Shown: piece by piece, positions 23,008-33,565 of the stretch
Position numbering within the stretch: position 1 is the stretch's first letter
How the letters are laid out: every line of letters starts with the position of its first letter
Source of the DNA: an uncultured cyanobacterium
GTDB lineage: Bacteria > Cyanobacteriota > Cyanobacteriia > Cyanobacteriales > CAWCAG01
Assembly: GCA_963793425.1 (NCBI GenBank)
Contig: CAWCAG010000001.1
Span: 256,001 to 320,000 of the forward strand
Reading direction: 5' to 3'
Length of the DNA: 64,000 nucleotides
Made by a program: the position numbers and the translations under genes
Notes under the pieces: generated by a model
What the model saw: the letters and a program-made list of their open reading frames with translations, nothing else
The model's database searches: none
What the model was told of the DNA's origin: nothing

Positions 23008-24735
23008 TTAGTATTTTCTTTCCTTTGGTTCAAACATATCCACCACCACAGGCATATAATTCAGTTCGATTCCGGCTGGAGAATAGTAAGCTAAGGTATG
23101 ACTTAAGAAATTGCTATCATCTCTGTGGGGATAATCTTCCCTAGAATGAGCGCCACGACTTTCTTTGCGGTTGAGGGCGGAAGTAAGAATTGTTTCTCCT
23201 ACCACCATTAAACTTTTTAACTCCCAAGCTTCAATTAATTCGGTATTCCAACAACTATCTTTGTCATCAAGGTAAACATCTTGGTATTGCTGTTGCAACT
23301 CCTTCAACTTAGTCAAACCTGCTTCCATAGTTGCTTCGGTACGAAACACCCCACAATATTCGCTCATACAATCCTGGAATGCCTGTCGCAATGCCCCAAT
23401 ACGCATGGTTCCTTTTTGGTTAAAAAGACTTTGCAGGCGCTGTCTTGACCCTTCTAGATACATCTGTTCTTCAATTTCTGGTAACTTACGGTCTTGTACA
23501 TAACTTGCGATCGCAGCCCCAGTTCTTTTACCATAAACTATACACTCCAATAAAGAATTACTGCCCAAACGGTTAGCCCCATGTACAGAAACACAAGCGC
23601 ATTCTCCCGCCGCAAAAAACCCTGTTGCTAAACTCTCTCCACTCAAACGCACCCTGCCATCAGTGTTAACGGGAATGCCTCCCATGGAATAATGGGCAGT
23701 AGGACGGACTGGCATGGGTTCATTGACTGCATCAACCCCAACTAAACGGTGTGCCTCTTCCCAACAAAAGGGAACCCGACTCATAATCTTTTCTTTCCCC
23801 ATATGGCGCAAATCCAAATGGATGAAAGATCCCCCTGCACTACCATCTTTGTTTATACCTCTTCCGGCCCGAATTTCTAAGGTGATGGCGCGGGAGGTAA
23901 TATCACGGGGGGCGAGTTCCATTTGTTTCGGGGCATAATTAGCCATAAACCTCTCCCCCTGACTATTTCTTAAATAAGCCCCCTCCCCCCTGACAGCTTC
24001 GGAAATCAGTACCCCCACAGGATATAAACCCGTGGGATGGAATTGGACAAATTCCATATCTTCTAAAGGGACTCCTGCCATTGCAGACATAGCTAAACCA
24101 TCCCCGGTAGAAGCGAAGTCGTTGGAGGTGGTGTTAAAGACTCTGCCATAACCTCCTGTAGCAAACATGACAGCTTTGGCACGGATAATTTGTATTTCTC
24201 CATCTAGGAGATGATACATAACTATCCCCTTTGCTTCCCCTTCTTCGAGGATGAGTTGCATCACGTACCATTCTTCATAAACTTTGACTTGGTTGCGACG
24301 TAGGTTGTTAACTAATTCATGAAGGATGGCATGACCAGTTTTATCAGCAGCGTAGCAGGTACGTTTGTGGGAATGACCACCAAAAGCTCTTTGGGCAATG
24401 CGACCATCTTCTAAGCGAGAAAATAGCACTCCCATATGTTCTAAGTCTATGACTACATCGGGGGCTTCTTGGGTTAAGATTGCTACGGCATCTTGATCTG
24501 CTAAATAGTCCGAACCTTTGACAGTATCAAAAGCGTGTGCCTCCCAACTATCTTCAGGGTCAACATTTTTTAAACTAGCAGCCATGCCTCCCTGTGCCGC
24601 AACAGAATGGGAACGAATAGGATGGGTTTTGGCAACCAAACCTACATCTAAGTTAGGGTCTTGGCGTTTGATTTCTAAAGCAGCACGGCAACCTGCTAAG
24701 CCACCACCGATGATCATAATGTCGTGTTGTTGCAT
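23008..24735 (-). CDS. sdhA: Succinate dehydrogenase/fumarate reductase flavoprotein subunit
   Basis: RSHSVAAQGG FAD-histidine motif, EFVQFHPTG, HGANRLGSNSL, ESRGAH. Confidence 0.97.
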   Translation of the reverse strand: MQQHDIMIIGGGLAGCRAALEIKRQDPNLDVGLVAKTHPIRSHSVAAQGGMAASLKNVDPEDSWEAHAFDTVKGSDYLADQDAVAILTQEAPDVVIDLEHMGVLFSRLEDGRIAQRAFGGHSHKRTCYAADKTGHAILHELVNNLRRNQVKVYEEWYVMQLILEEGEAKGIVMYHLLDGEIQIIRAKAVMFATGGYGRVFNTTSNDFASTGDGLAMSAMAGVPLEDMEFVQFHPTGLYPVGVLISEAVRGEGAYLRNSQGERFMANYAPKQMELAPRDITSRAITLEIRAGRGINKDGSAGGSFIHLDLRHMGKEKIMSRVPFCWEEAHRLVGVDAVNEPMPVRPTAHYSMGGIPVNTDGRVRLSGESLATGFFAAGECACVSVHGANRLGSNSLLECIVYGKRTGAAIASYVQDRKLPEIEEQMYLEGSRQRLQSLFNQKGTMRIGALRQAFQDCMSEYCGVFRTEATMEAGLTKLKELQQQYQDVYLDDKDSCWNTELIEAWELKSLMVVGETILTSALNRKESRGAHSREDYPHRDDSNFLSHTLAYYSPAGIELNYMPVVVDMFEPKERKY

Positions 24736-24809
24736 GGTTTTTCAGTTATCAGTAATAAAATCCAGGGAATGGTAATTGGAGCTATTTTATTATTTTGTGG
24801 CAGCTTAAG

Positions 24810-24918
24810 TGTTTACCTCCCATGCCCATTTTAAGAAAGTCGCCATCCCGCCACCAACAAGAAAAAATTTTGCTTGAAACTCAATTTTTCTTAATTGAGA
24901 TAATTATAACACAAATTA
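24810..24918 (-). promoter_or_regulatory. 110-bp duplicated segment with extended -10 box (TGTTATAAT), copy B, upstream of sdhA
   Basis: Homologous to 12508-12618. Confidence 0.6.
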
Positions 24919-25043
24919 GTGAAGTACAAACCATTGCAAACAGAACCTAAAAATAAAGATTTGATATTTCGCGATCGCAAACACAAAAGCGAACATGAAC
25001 GCAAATTTCCAAAGGCTATAATCAATTAAGTTTGTGAAAGGAT

Positions 25044-25604
25044 TTGCTTTTATATAGTTATGAAGATTATGAGTTAAAGAAGGTGTTTAGTGATTATTTT
25101 GAAAGTAAACATGACCTCTATTTGGGGAAGAGTGCTATCAGGTACGATTTATTGATTTTGAGAGATCCTTTTAATTTGTTTGCTAGTAGAGTTAAGAAGA
25201 ATTATCTGGATGTACAAAATCATCAGCAAAATATGGTTGATTTATGGATTGAATATGCTGAGGAGTTTTTAGGGAAAACTAGTTACCTTAAACATAATAA
25301 AGTCTGTTTGAATTACAATCAGTGGGTTGAAGATGTTGATTATAGAAAGGAAATTTCTGCTCAACTTAATTTAGAATTTTCTGATGCGGGAATAGATAAG
25401 GTGAGTGGTTGCGGTGATGGTAGTTCTTTTGAAGGCCGTAGCTTAAATGGTAAAGCAGCTAAAATGGATGTTAATAATCGCTGGCAGCATTTCCTTGAGG
25501 ACGAATCCTACCGCGATTTAATGAATAATGAGCAGCTTGTCGGTTATTCAGAGCAGATTTTTGGTCATATCCCAGGAACAGAAAAGTTACGAACAGGTAA
25601 ATGA
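25044..25604 (+). pseudogene. 5'-truncated sulfotransferase-like hypothetical protein
   Basis: LILRDPFNLFASR resembles the sulfotransferase 3'-phosphate-binding motif; begins at TTG with no P-loop-containing N-terminal part or ATG upstream. Confidence 0.5.
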
Positions 25605-25609
25605 TAAAT

Positions 25610-25636
25610 GTAGCCTAACGGCAACGCTTACGCGAA
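25610..25636. repeat. Short dispersed repeat copy
   Basis: gtagcctaacggcaacgcttacgcgaa. Confidence 0.75.
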
Positions 25637-25655
25637 TAATGTTTAATGTTCAATG

Positions 25656-26996
25656 TCAAGGTGTGGTTTTTGCTAAGGAAGGCAAGAAATTAACAATTTG
25701 AGGGAAAGTAATAATTAAAACCAAAACTAAAAGTTGAAGCAGAATAAAGGGAATTACACCGCGATAAATCTCTTGGGTTTTAATTTCCGGGGGAGCAACC
25801 CCTCGTAGATAAAAGAGGGCAAAACCAAAGGGCGGTGTTAAAAAAGAAGTTTGTAAGTTGGCTCCTAAAATTACTCCATACCAAACTAAATCTATGCCTA
25901 ACTTTTGGGCTACGGGAGCAAAAATAGGTATGACAATAAAAGCAATTTCAAAAAAGTCGATAAAGAAGCCTAAGAGAAATACTGTTAACATACTTACTAC
26001 TAAAAATCCCCAACTTCCTCCTGGTAAGTTAGTAAGTATTTCAGACATAAAAGTATCTCCCCCTAAACCTCGAAAAACCAAGCTGAAAGCAGTAGAACCT
26101 AGTAAGATAAACATCACCATACTAGTTACTCGTAAAGTGGCATCACATACTTGTTTGAGGGCTACCCAACTTAATTTTCGATTAGCCGCAGCAAGAATTA
26201 TTGTCCCTAATGAACCCACTGCCCCTGCTTCTGTAGGAGTGGCAATACCAAAGAAAATACTTCCTAAGACTAAAAATATTAAAAGTAAAGGCGGTATCAT
26301 TACTTTTAAGATCCGCAGTGCTAGTTTCTTGCCGCTAATATTCCTCACTTCTGGAGGTAAAGCCGGAGCAATTTCTGGTTTTAAAAAAGCAGCTATAATG
26401 ACATGAAGCGCGAAAGCTCCTGCCATTAATAAACCGGGAATTAAAGAGCCAACAAATAGCTTTCCTACCGGAACTCCTAATTGATCTCCTAAGACAACTA
26501 AAACCACACTAGGAGGAATTATTTGCCCTAAAGTTCCTGAAGCCGCAATGACTCCTGTAGCTAATTCTTTGTTATAGTTATAGCGCAGCATAATCGGCAA
26601 AGAAATTAAACCCATCGCCACAACTGTTGCTGCCACAACTCCTGTAGAAGCAGCTAAAAGTGCGCCTACTATTACTACGGCTAAAGCTAATCCTCCTCGC
26701 AACCTCCCAAACAAAATCCCCATAGTTTCTAATAACTTTTCGGCAATGCCTGTTTTTTCTAACATTGCTCCTAAAAAGATAAAGTAAGGGATGGCAAGGA
26801 GGGTAAAATTGCCCATAATACCAAAAATTCTTTGGGGCATAGCGTTAAGCAAGGAGGGATTAAAAGCTCCTAAACTAAAGCCAATGACAGCAAAAAGAAT
26901 GGCTACCCCACCTAAAGAAAAAGCAACAGGATAACCAAGAGATAATAGAATCAATGCCCCGATAAACATAAAAGGGCTTAACCATTCTGTTCCCAT
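25656..26996 (-). CDS. dctM: TRAP transporter large permease
   Basis: LAIPYF, GTLGQIIPPS, ATPTEAG, SFLTPPFG motifs. Confidence 0.95.
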   Translation of the reverse strand: MGTEWLSPFMFIGALILLSLGYPVAFSLGGVAILFAVIGFSLGAFNPSLLNAMPQRIFGIMGNFTLLAIPYFIFLGAMLEKTGIAEKLLETMGILFGRLRGGLALAVVIVGALLAASTGVVAATVVAMGLISLPIMLRYNYNKELATGVIAASGTLGQIIPPSVVLVVLGDQLGVPVGKLFVGSLIPGLLMAGAFALHVIIAAFLKPEIAPALPPEVRNISGKKLALRILKVMIPPLLLIFLVLGSIFFGIATPTEAGAVGSLGTIILAAANRKLSWVALKQVCDATLRVTSMVMFILLGSTAFSLVFRGLGGDTFMSEILTNLPGGSWGFLVVSMLTVFLLGFFIDFFEIAFIVIPIFAPVAQKLGIDLVWYGVILGANLQTSFLTPPFGFALFYLRGVAPPEIKTQEIYRGVIPFILLQLLVLVLIITFPQIVNFLPSLAKTTP

Positions 26997-27517
26997 TACT
27001 CTTCCTCCTGAAAAATAACCCAGTTTTTGATAGTTTCCGAAATACCTTGAAGAATTAACAAAATTAAACTAACAATAATCATTGACTTGATGGGAAAGCG
27101 AGGTAAACCATCAGGATCAGAAGACATTTCCCAAATTGCCCAAGAATTGAGTGTCCACCCCCAAGAAAAGTAAATTACCATCAGACAAAAAGGAATTAAA
27201 AATAACAAAGTACCGATAATATTGATGAGGGCTTTTTTTCTACGGTTAAGGTCTTTATAAAACAAGTCTACGCGGACGTGTTCGTTATGTTTTAAACTGT
27301 ATGCTGCTCCTAACAAGAAAACGAGATCAAATAAGTACCACTGAGATTCTATTAAACCGTTAGAAGTTAATTTTTCCCCTAACCAACGACCAAGATAACG
27401 ACCTGCTACGTTCCAAGTACCTATGACAACCATAACCAAGACTAGCCAATAGGTAAGACGACCAATTCCTTCATTTAAGTTGTCTATGAGGCGAGAGATT
27501 TTTAAAAGTGTTTGCAA
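26996..27517 (-). CDS. dctQ: TRAP transporter small permease
   Basis: EHVRVDLFY motif, four TM helices, overlaps dctM start. Confidence 0.93.
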   Translation of the reverse strand: MQTLLKISRLIDNLNEGIGRLTYWLVLVMVVIGTWNVAGRYLGRWLGEKLTSNGLIESQWYLFDLVFLLGAAYSLKHNEHVRVDLFYKDLNRRKKALINIIGTLLFLIPFCLMVIYFSWGWTLNSWAIWEMSSDPDGLPRFPIKSMIIVSLILLILQGISETIKNWVIFQEEE

Positions 27518-27545
27518 TTGATAAAATTTCCTTAAGGCGAATGTT

Positions 27546-28487
27546 TTAATTAATATGTAAATTCATAAATAAAGTTATCAAAAAAATTAATAACCCAGGA
27601 ATTATCAATAAATAGAGAGCTGGTTTAAAGCGAAATATAGCGAGGGTTAATGCCAAAACTTTGAGATCGAATATAGAACCAAAAAGTAAAAAGGCTAGCA
27701 TTGAGCCATTACTGAAACTAGAAGTAAAGAAGTTAGCGAAGAAAGCGTTGACAGCCGATCCTGTGGAAATGACTGTACTGAGAGCTAACATAGATAAGAT
27801 TGATGTAACTGGCCCTTGGGCAAAATCTAGTATAGTTAAGCGGGGGAGAAAAACTTGAATTAAAGCGACTATTCCACAGCTAAAGAGGAGGATGCTGCCT
27901 AATTCGGTTGACTCTTTGATAAAATTGTCTAGAAAAAGATTTAAGTTACGACCAAAAAACTTGCTTTGATGATCTCCCAGTTTTGCCCTTTCTTCTGAAG
28001 TAAAAGTAGCAGAACGAAGTAAGTTGGTAGGATATTCTGGCAAATCATCTTTAGCTAAAAAAGATTTTTCTCCTAAATTGGCTTTAAAAATATAACCGAC
28101 TAAAGTTGCGATCGCCACAGTAAAAACAACTCTCAAAGTTACAAATTGTGGTTGAGCCTGAAAAGCTACTGAAGTAGAATAAAGGGTAAAAGCATTAATA
28201 GTGGGCGCACCTAAGAAAAAGCCAATTGCCAATGGTGCAGAAACTCCTTGGGTTAGCAATCGTCGCACTACGGGAATATTGCCATACTTACATACCGGTA
28301 GCACCAAACCTAGACAACTACCCAAAAAAGCTGCTAAAAAGGGATTGCCTGGACAAAAGGATGATAAGGAGCGCTGTTCTCCTAACACTAGCAGTAAACT
28401 TGAGATGGCTACCCCCAGTAATAGGAAAGGAATCGTCTCAAATAGTAAACTCAAAAATAGAGTAGGAGCATTATTCAACAAAGTCAT
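27546..28487 (-). CDS. Predicted permease (DUF318-like)
   Basis: ETIPFLLLGV, LPVCKYGNIPV, APTIN motifs; multi-TM. Confidence 0.8.
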   Translation of the reverse strand: MTLLNNAPTLFLSLLFETIPFLLLGVAISSLLLVLGEQRSLSSFCPGNPFLAAFLGSCLGLVLPVCKYGNIPVVRRLLTQGVSAPLAIGFFLGAPTINAFTLYSTSVAFQAQPQFVTLRVVFTVAIATLVGYIFKANLGEKSFLAKDDLPEYPTNLLRSATFTSEERAKLGDHQSKFFGRNLNLFLDNFIKESTELGSILLFSCGIVALIQVFLPRLTILDFAQGPVTSILSMLALSTVISTGSAVNAFFANFFTSSFSNGSMLAFLLFGSIFDLKVLALTLAIFRFKPALYLLIIPGLLIFLITLFMNLHIN

Positions 28488-28861
28488 GCGGTTTGGGTGT
28501 GGGATACCTTTATTTTGGTAAGATTTCGATTAGATTTTACACTTAAACCAGGTACTTTATCAGTTACTAGTTATTAAGTGGCTAAGATGAGAAGCTGAAT
28601 TTGAGGCACTTGGTTAGAGGATGCAACTTTCATTAACCTCTTTCTAAAGAAATAACTCACTTTAGTTGTTTCTATTTCTATAGATTGAGATTTTCTGCTT
28701 TGCTTTGCTTTCTTGGTTTGTAAATTCAAAAATGCTTTTCTATAACCAAACAATCATTCCTTCTAAGGGAAAAATCTCTAGTCCTAAGAAAGATAAATAA
28801 GCATTGAATATTCGTTAATTTCGTGGTAGTAAAATAAAGTTATATTAAATGGGAAATAGAA

Positions 28862-29341
28862 ATGTCTGAAACAAGTAGTGCAACAAACAACAAGAAGATT
28901 TCTAGAGTCTTTATCGATATTCTCAGCTTTGTGGTAGCAATTATTGCTTCAGCAATTCTTACCGGCTTTCTAGCTTTTTTAATTGCTCAAGCCTTTGATT
29001 GGCAATTTTGGGCAGGGCTAAAAAGTTTATTAGCGACAGTTCTGCCTATTGTTACTATTTACTATGTTACCTCATTCACTGAAATCACCAACAGAGAAAA
29101 TTCGATTCCTCTGTTTAATATCTATTTCATTTTTACTCTTTGGTCGATAGTTTTATTTGTCATCTTACAATACTTTTCTAGTTCCTTTATCCCTATACCA
29201 GAAGTTGCTTTATCTTTTACCATTGCTTGCTTCTTTAACTTTGCTAGGAAAAGTTCTTTTCAAGCCTTCTTGTCCTGCGCCTATGGAATTGTTTCAGGCT
29301 TCTTAATTTATTCTCTTTTCTTTGGTATACCCGTGCGGTAA
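28862..29341 (+). CDS. Hypothetical membrane protein
   Basis: 159 aa, about five hydrophobic segments. Confidence 0.7.
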   Translation: MSETSSATNNKKISRVFIDILSFVVAIIASAILTGFLAFLIAQAFDWQFWAGLKSLLATVLPIVTIYYVTSFTEITNRENSIPLFNIYFIFTLWSIVLFVILQYFSSSFIPIPEVALSFTIACFFNFARKSSFQAFLSCAYGIVSGFLIYSLFFGIPVR

Positions 29342-29386
29342 CTTTCCAGAGATACTCGTATGTAGTAGGAAAAAGTCATAAATTGA

Positions 29387-30800
29387 ATGAAGATCAATTT
29401 AAAAAAGCGTCAATTTCGTTTCTGGCTGTGCTTTAGTGCAGCTTGGTTAGGAATCATCTGGATTGCCGTAGCTAAGCTAATTATACGCCCCCTTCTTCAA
29501 GCAGCTTATAGCGACAAGGGTTTACCTATTATTAGTAACATCATCCTCGGATTAAATAAACCCCTTGACAGATTATTATGGCGCTTAGATAGCTTAACTG
29601 AAGCAGGTTTAATTTTCTTTATTGCTTTTGGTCTAATTGCTTTAGTAACTACCAGCAAAACTTTCTTTAATAAATTTGTTGGTCAAGCAACTCCAGAAAC
29701 TTTAGGTTCAATCAGAATTATTACCTGTGGATTTCTTTTCACTAGCGCCCTTTGGGAAGAACTTGCTAGCAGCGCTTTACTTCCTGAGCAAATGCGCGTT
29801 TTCATGGGTACAATGGATATTTTTTATGCCTTACCCATCGGTTTTGATGCTTTTACTAAAAGTTACACAGCCTTACTAGTTTTTAAATGGATAACAGTAA
29901 TAGTTTTGTTATTAGCAACTGTTGGCTGGCAAACAAAATTTGTTGTTCCTTTAGGAGGCATTCTTTACTGCATATATGGAGGAATTATTCGTCAATACGA
30001 ACATTTTGGCCATGCGGGAATAGTTCCTCTTTATTTAATATTAGTTTTAGCTTTTACCCCTTGTGAAGATGGTTTATCGATTTGGGGAATTATTCTACGC
30101 GACTGTTCTTTTTTCTAAACTAGCAAGACGTATCTTTCCTCCTTTAATGGCAATGATGCACGCTGGCATCTTTTTGCTGCAAAATGTGGCTTTTTTCGAC
30201 CTAATTGTTTTGCAACTTATCTACTATGATTTTACTGAAATTCGCCAAGTAATTAGTCGAAGATTCAATCGCAACACTCCTTTGGTAATTAGAGAGTCTT
30301 CATCAAAAAAATCTCTTTCACGCAACTTTTACTACCCAATATTAGTAACAACCTTAAGTGTCTTTCTCCTCCTTACTTGGATTTATCGAGTAGAGTTTTA
30401 CCCGATCACCGCTTGGCAAATGTATTCTAACTCAAACACCACAGGAGATATTGAATACTACAAAGTTTTTGCCCATCGTCAGTCAGGAGAAACAACAAAA
30501 GCTTATTTGGATCAAAGTATTGGGGCAATGAAAAATGGCCGATATAAACGAGTTACTCGTAAATTCTGTTTTGACCCCAATAAAGTAAAGGTTTGTCAGA
30601 AGTATTTTGACATTAGCGCTAATACTTATAATCAAGATGTTTCATCTAAAAATAAGATTGTTGCTTATGAGATTCAAAAATGGAAGTGGAACTTTCTGAA
30701 ATCACCTTCTGGACCTGATGCTGGCAAGTTGAGAGAACGTTTCTTTTATCAAGGTGTTAAGTCCGCTTATCTAACATATCTGCTAAAAGAGCAAACATAG
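29387..30800 (+). pseudogene. HTTM-domain-like membrane protein, broken at about 30075
   Basis: Upstream ORF has FGHAG and TPCEDGLS; downstream frame resumes GELFYATVLF...MHAGIF...FYPITAWQMYS; the usual intervening AGxSKL segment is missing. Confidence 0.65.
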
Positions 30801-31656
30801 ACATTTGAGTTGCAGCAATCAAAAGAATTAAAGTTCTTTCTGTTAGGTTTTCCCTAACAACAATATCTTGTATAAAAGTAAATATAAAAGCCAGGAAAAA
30901 GAAAGCGGCAATGGGTAAAAACACCCTCAGAGGAGCAAAATATAATCCTGTTCGCATAATCAATTGTACAAAGCGTAAAGTATCTCGAATCGGTTTAATC
31001 TTGCTTTTACCCTTGCGATGGTGAAAATCAACGGGTTCGTAATGTACCACATAACCATTAGTTAGCATTGCCACGGTAATAGTTGTAGTAAAGCTAAAAG
31101 TATCAGGTAAAATTTTAATAAATTCCTGCACTACACTTTTACTAAAAACCCGTAATCCGCTATTGAGATCAGGTATTTTAGTATCAGTAATCCATTGAGC
31201 AAAACGGACTAAAAACCACTTAGGAATTTTCCTCAAATTAGAATAGTTGACATTAGCCCCGGTACGAGAACCTACAACCATATCAGCCTTTTGGGTTAAC
31301 GCGACCAGTTGTGGTATCCTCTCATTGGGATAAGTGCCATCAGCATCGGTAATGACAATCCAGTCATATTTAGCATTGCGAATCCCTGTTTTCAAAGCTG
31401 CACCATATCCTCTATTAACACGGTGTTCAATTACTCGGATGTCGTCGCGAGTTTGTAAAAGTTCTGCTGTACCGTCTATAGAACCATCATTAACTGCTAT
31501 AATCTCATATTCACAGCTAGAATCTTTGAGGCTATTCTGGAGATGATCAAGGGTTGGCAAAATGCCTCTTTCTTCGTTGTAGGTAGGAAGAATAAGAGAA
31601 AAAGGTGGACAAATATACTCGTCTTTTCTAATACTTGGCACTTGGCTTTCATTCAT
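30757..31656 (-). CDS. GT2 glycosyltransferase (DPM-synthase-like)
   Basis: LPTYNEE, VNDGSID, NRGYGAA, TDADGTY, DLNSG motifs and two C-terminal TM helices. Confidence 0.93.
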   Translation of the reverse strand: MNESQVPSIRKDEYICPPFSLILPTYNEERGILPTLDHLQNSLKDSSCEYEIIAVNDGSIDGTAELLQTRDDIRVIEHRVNRGYGAALKTGIRNAKYDWIVITDADGTYPNERIPQLVALTQKADMVVGSRTGANVNYSNLRKIPKWFLVRFAQWITDTKIPDLNSGLRVFSKSVVQEFIKILPDTFSFTTTITVAMLTNGYVVHYEPVDFHHRKGKSKIKPIRDTLRFVQLIMRTGLYFAPLRVFLPIAAFFFLAFIFTFIQDIVVRENLTERTLILLIAATQMSMFALLADMLDKRT

Positions 31657-31744
31657 TATTTTTTCACTTCAGGTTACTTCAAAAGCTTACAAACTATGGT
31701 AAAAATTGGCTAAATTTCTATTAGATAATCTAACTTAAGATAGA

Positions 31745-33511
31745 TTACTTACTTTGGGTTAAAATACATTCAGCTTTTAAAAGAATTAGGTCTTCGTTTT
31801 CAAAAATACTACAGTTTGGTACAAACTTAAGCAACTCTGGTTTAATACCTTGTTTTGCCCTAAGATCAGCAGCTTTAGACTCAGGAAATTGCCTTAACCA
31901 AACATCTATCGACCTTAAATCTTCTTCGGCTATATCCTCATCTCCATAGGGAGAGATTAAATAGTCTTTATCCAAAAGCCATAAATCCACACCATATTTT
32001 TGAATAAAACTGATTAAAGTATCCCGTTCAGGACTATATTGAGCTTCAATTAAATCAAGAAGCCTTTTTTTGATCTGACTATAGTATTTTTCATGATAAG
32101 GAATACTATGTTCTTGACCAACTAAAATTGAGCGCTTAGCAAGGGCAGGAATACGATTAACTTGAGAAGAAGTAGAGGCAATTAAAATATCTTTAGGTTG
32201 TCTTCGTAACAAGCTATATAGTCCTGTGGGATAACCTGATTTATAGGAAAGTGGATCTGCTAATCCTATATCCTGACTTCTTAAAATTAGAGGATAAGTA
32301 ATAAAAAGAGCAAGTAAGCTAATGGCAACAGCTAGACGTTTTTGTTGAGTTGTTGCTAAGAGGATTTTAAAGATTTTATCGAACACAACTGTTAAAACGA
32401 TGCCTGCTGCAATAGCCATAAAAATACGCAAGCTATATTGGCTATAGCGACTAGGTAGATATAGCTTAAACAGAACAGCATGAGCAGCTAAAAAGAGAAC
32501 TGTTGATACCAATAAAAGCTGGGGTAAAACAAATACATTACTATTAACACGTTGAACTAAAGGAAAATAGTTAGGGTATTTTTTAAGTAGAGGTAAACTA
32601 AAACCGATAGCTGCCAAAATAGGGAAATAAAAAGCAGGTAAATCTTCCCATTCCACAGGGAAAAATCCTGTTCGTCCTCCATACAACCAAAATTCAATTG
32701 GATCATTGATAAAAAGTCTGGTTCGCCCCTCTTCAGAAAACTCAATCATGTTTCTCGCTACATCTGCTGTAACCGTAGGGCCATAGGTAGACGTTTCTAG
32801 TAAAATAGGTAGTAAGACCAGAAAGATAACTCCTAACCCCGACAAGCTCAAAAGATAATCTTTTTTGTGACGAGAAAAACTGAGTTTACGGTTTTGATAT
32901 TTAATTAAGCGTAACAGTAAAATACCGGCGCAAATGAGTAAAGGAATAGGATAAATTAAACCTAAAAGAAGTAATGATGCTAAACAGGGAAACAAGCTCT
33001 TTTTAAGTAAATAATAAAGAAAAGCGAAAAGCAGAGGGTAAAGAAAAGCCCTTGCTGTAGCGGATGCTAAATCATCTTTCAACCAAATATTTTGATTGAG
33101 TAAAACAGTTGAGACGAAACCAGCAACAGGTACAGGAAATATTTGTAGAACTATATAAAAGCAGTAAGCTGTAGTTATTAAAGCTAGAAGGGGGGGAATA
33201 AGTTTACTGAAGAAAATAGGTTCAATTCCTAAAAAAGCAGCAAACTTATAGATGAATATATATCCAGGTTGTGCTATTGATTGATAATAATCAGCAATAA
33301 GATCATTAGGAAAAAGTTCTGAGTCAACAAAGCGCCAAAACCAGAATACGTGTTGTTGGGCATCATCTTGGATGATAAACTCTCCTCTAAACGCTTCTTT
33401 TAAAGATATAGCACCAAAAAAAAGGCTGATTATGAGACTTAAACTCAACCAAAATAATTGAGCTTGAGTTGAAACTTTGGCTAACGGCATTAAACTTTTA
33501 GAAGTAAGCAT
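31745..33511 (-). CDS. Integral membrane protein of the polysaccharide cluster (possibly GT-C type)
   Basis: IQDDAQQH acidic motif after first TM, 10+ TM segments, PSRY motif. Confidence 0.65.
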   Translation of the reverse strand: MLTSKSLMPLAKVSTQAQLFWLSLSLIISLFFGAISLKEAFRGEFIIQDDAQQHVFWFWRFVDSELFPNDLIADYYQSIAQPGYIFIYKFAAFLGIEPIFFSKLIPPLLALITTAYCFYIVLQIFPVPVAGFVSTVLLNQNIWLKDDLASATARAFLYPLLFAFLYYLLKKSLFPCLASLLLLGLIYPIPLLICAGILLLRLIKYQNRKLSFSRHKKDYLLSLSGLGVIFLVLLPILLETSTYGPTVTADVARNMIEFSEEGRTRLFINDPIEFWLYGGRTGFFPVEWEDLPAFYFPILAAIGFSLPLLKKYPNYFPLVQRVNSNVFVLPQLLLVSTVLFLAAHAVLFKLYLPSRYSQYSLRIFMAIAAGIVLTVVFDKIFKILLATTQQKRLAVAISLLALFITYPLILRSQDIGLADPLSYKSGYPTGLYSLLRRQPKDILIASTSSQVNRIPALAKRSILVGQEHSIPYHEKYYSQIKKRLLDLIEAQYSPERDTLISFIQKYGVDLWLLDKDYLISPYGDEDIAEEDLRSIDVWLRQFPESKAADLRAKQGIKPELLKFVPNCSIFENEDLILLKAECILTQSK

Positions 33512-33565
33512 ATTAGAAGCAGATTGTATTGCAAAATTTACTGAATCTTCTTAGATTGAATTTAC

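Noticed and set aside
25858..26406. Long antisense ORFs here and at 8027-8494, 41289-41648, 50656-51003, 62539-63042
   Set aside because: Shadows of well-supported genes on the opposite strand with no recognisable motifs
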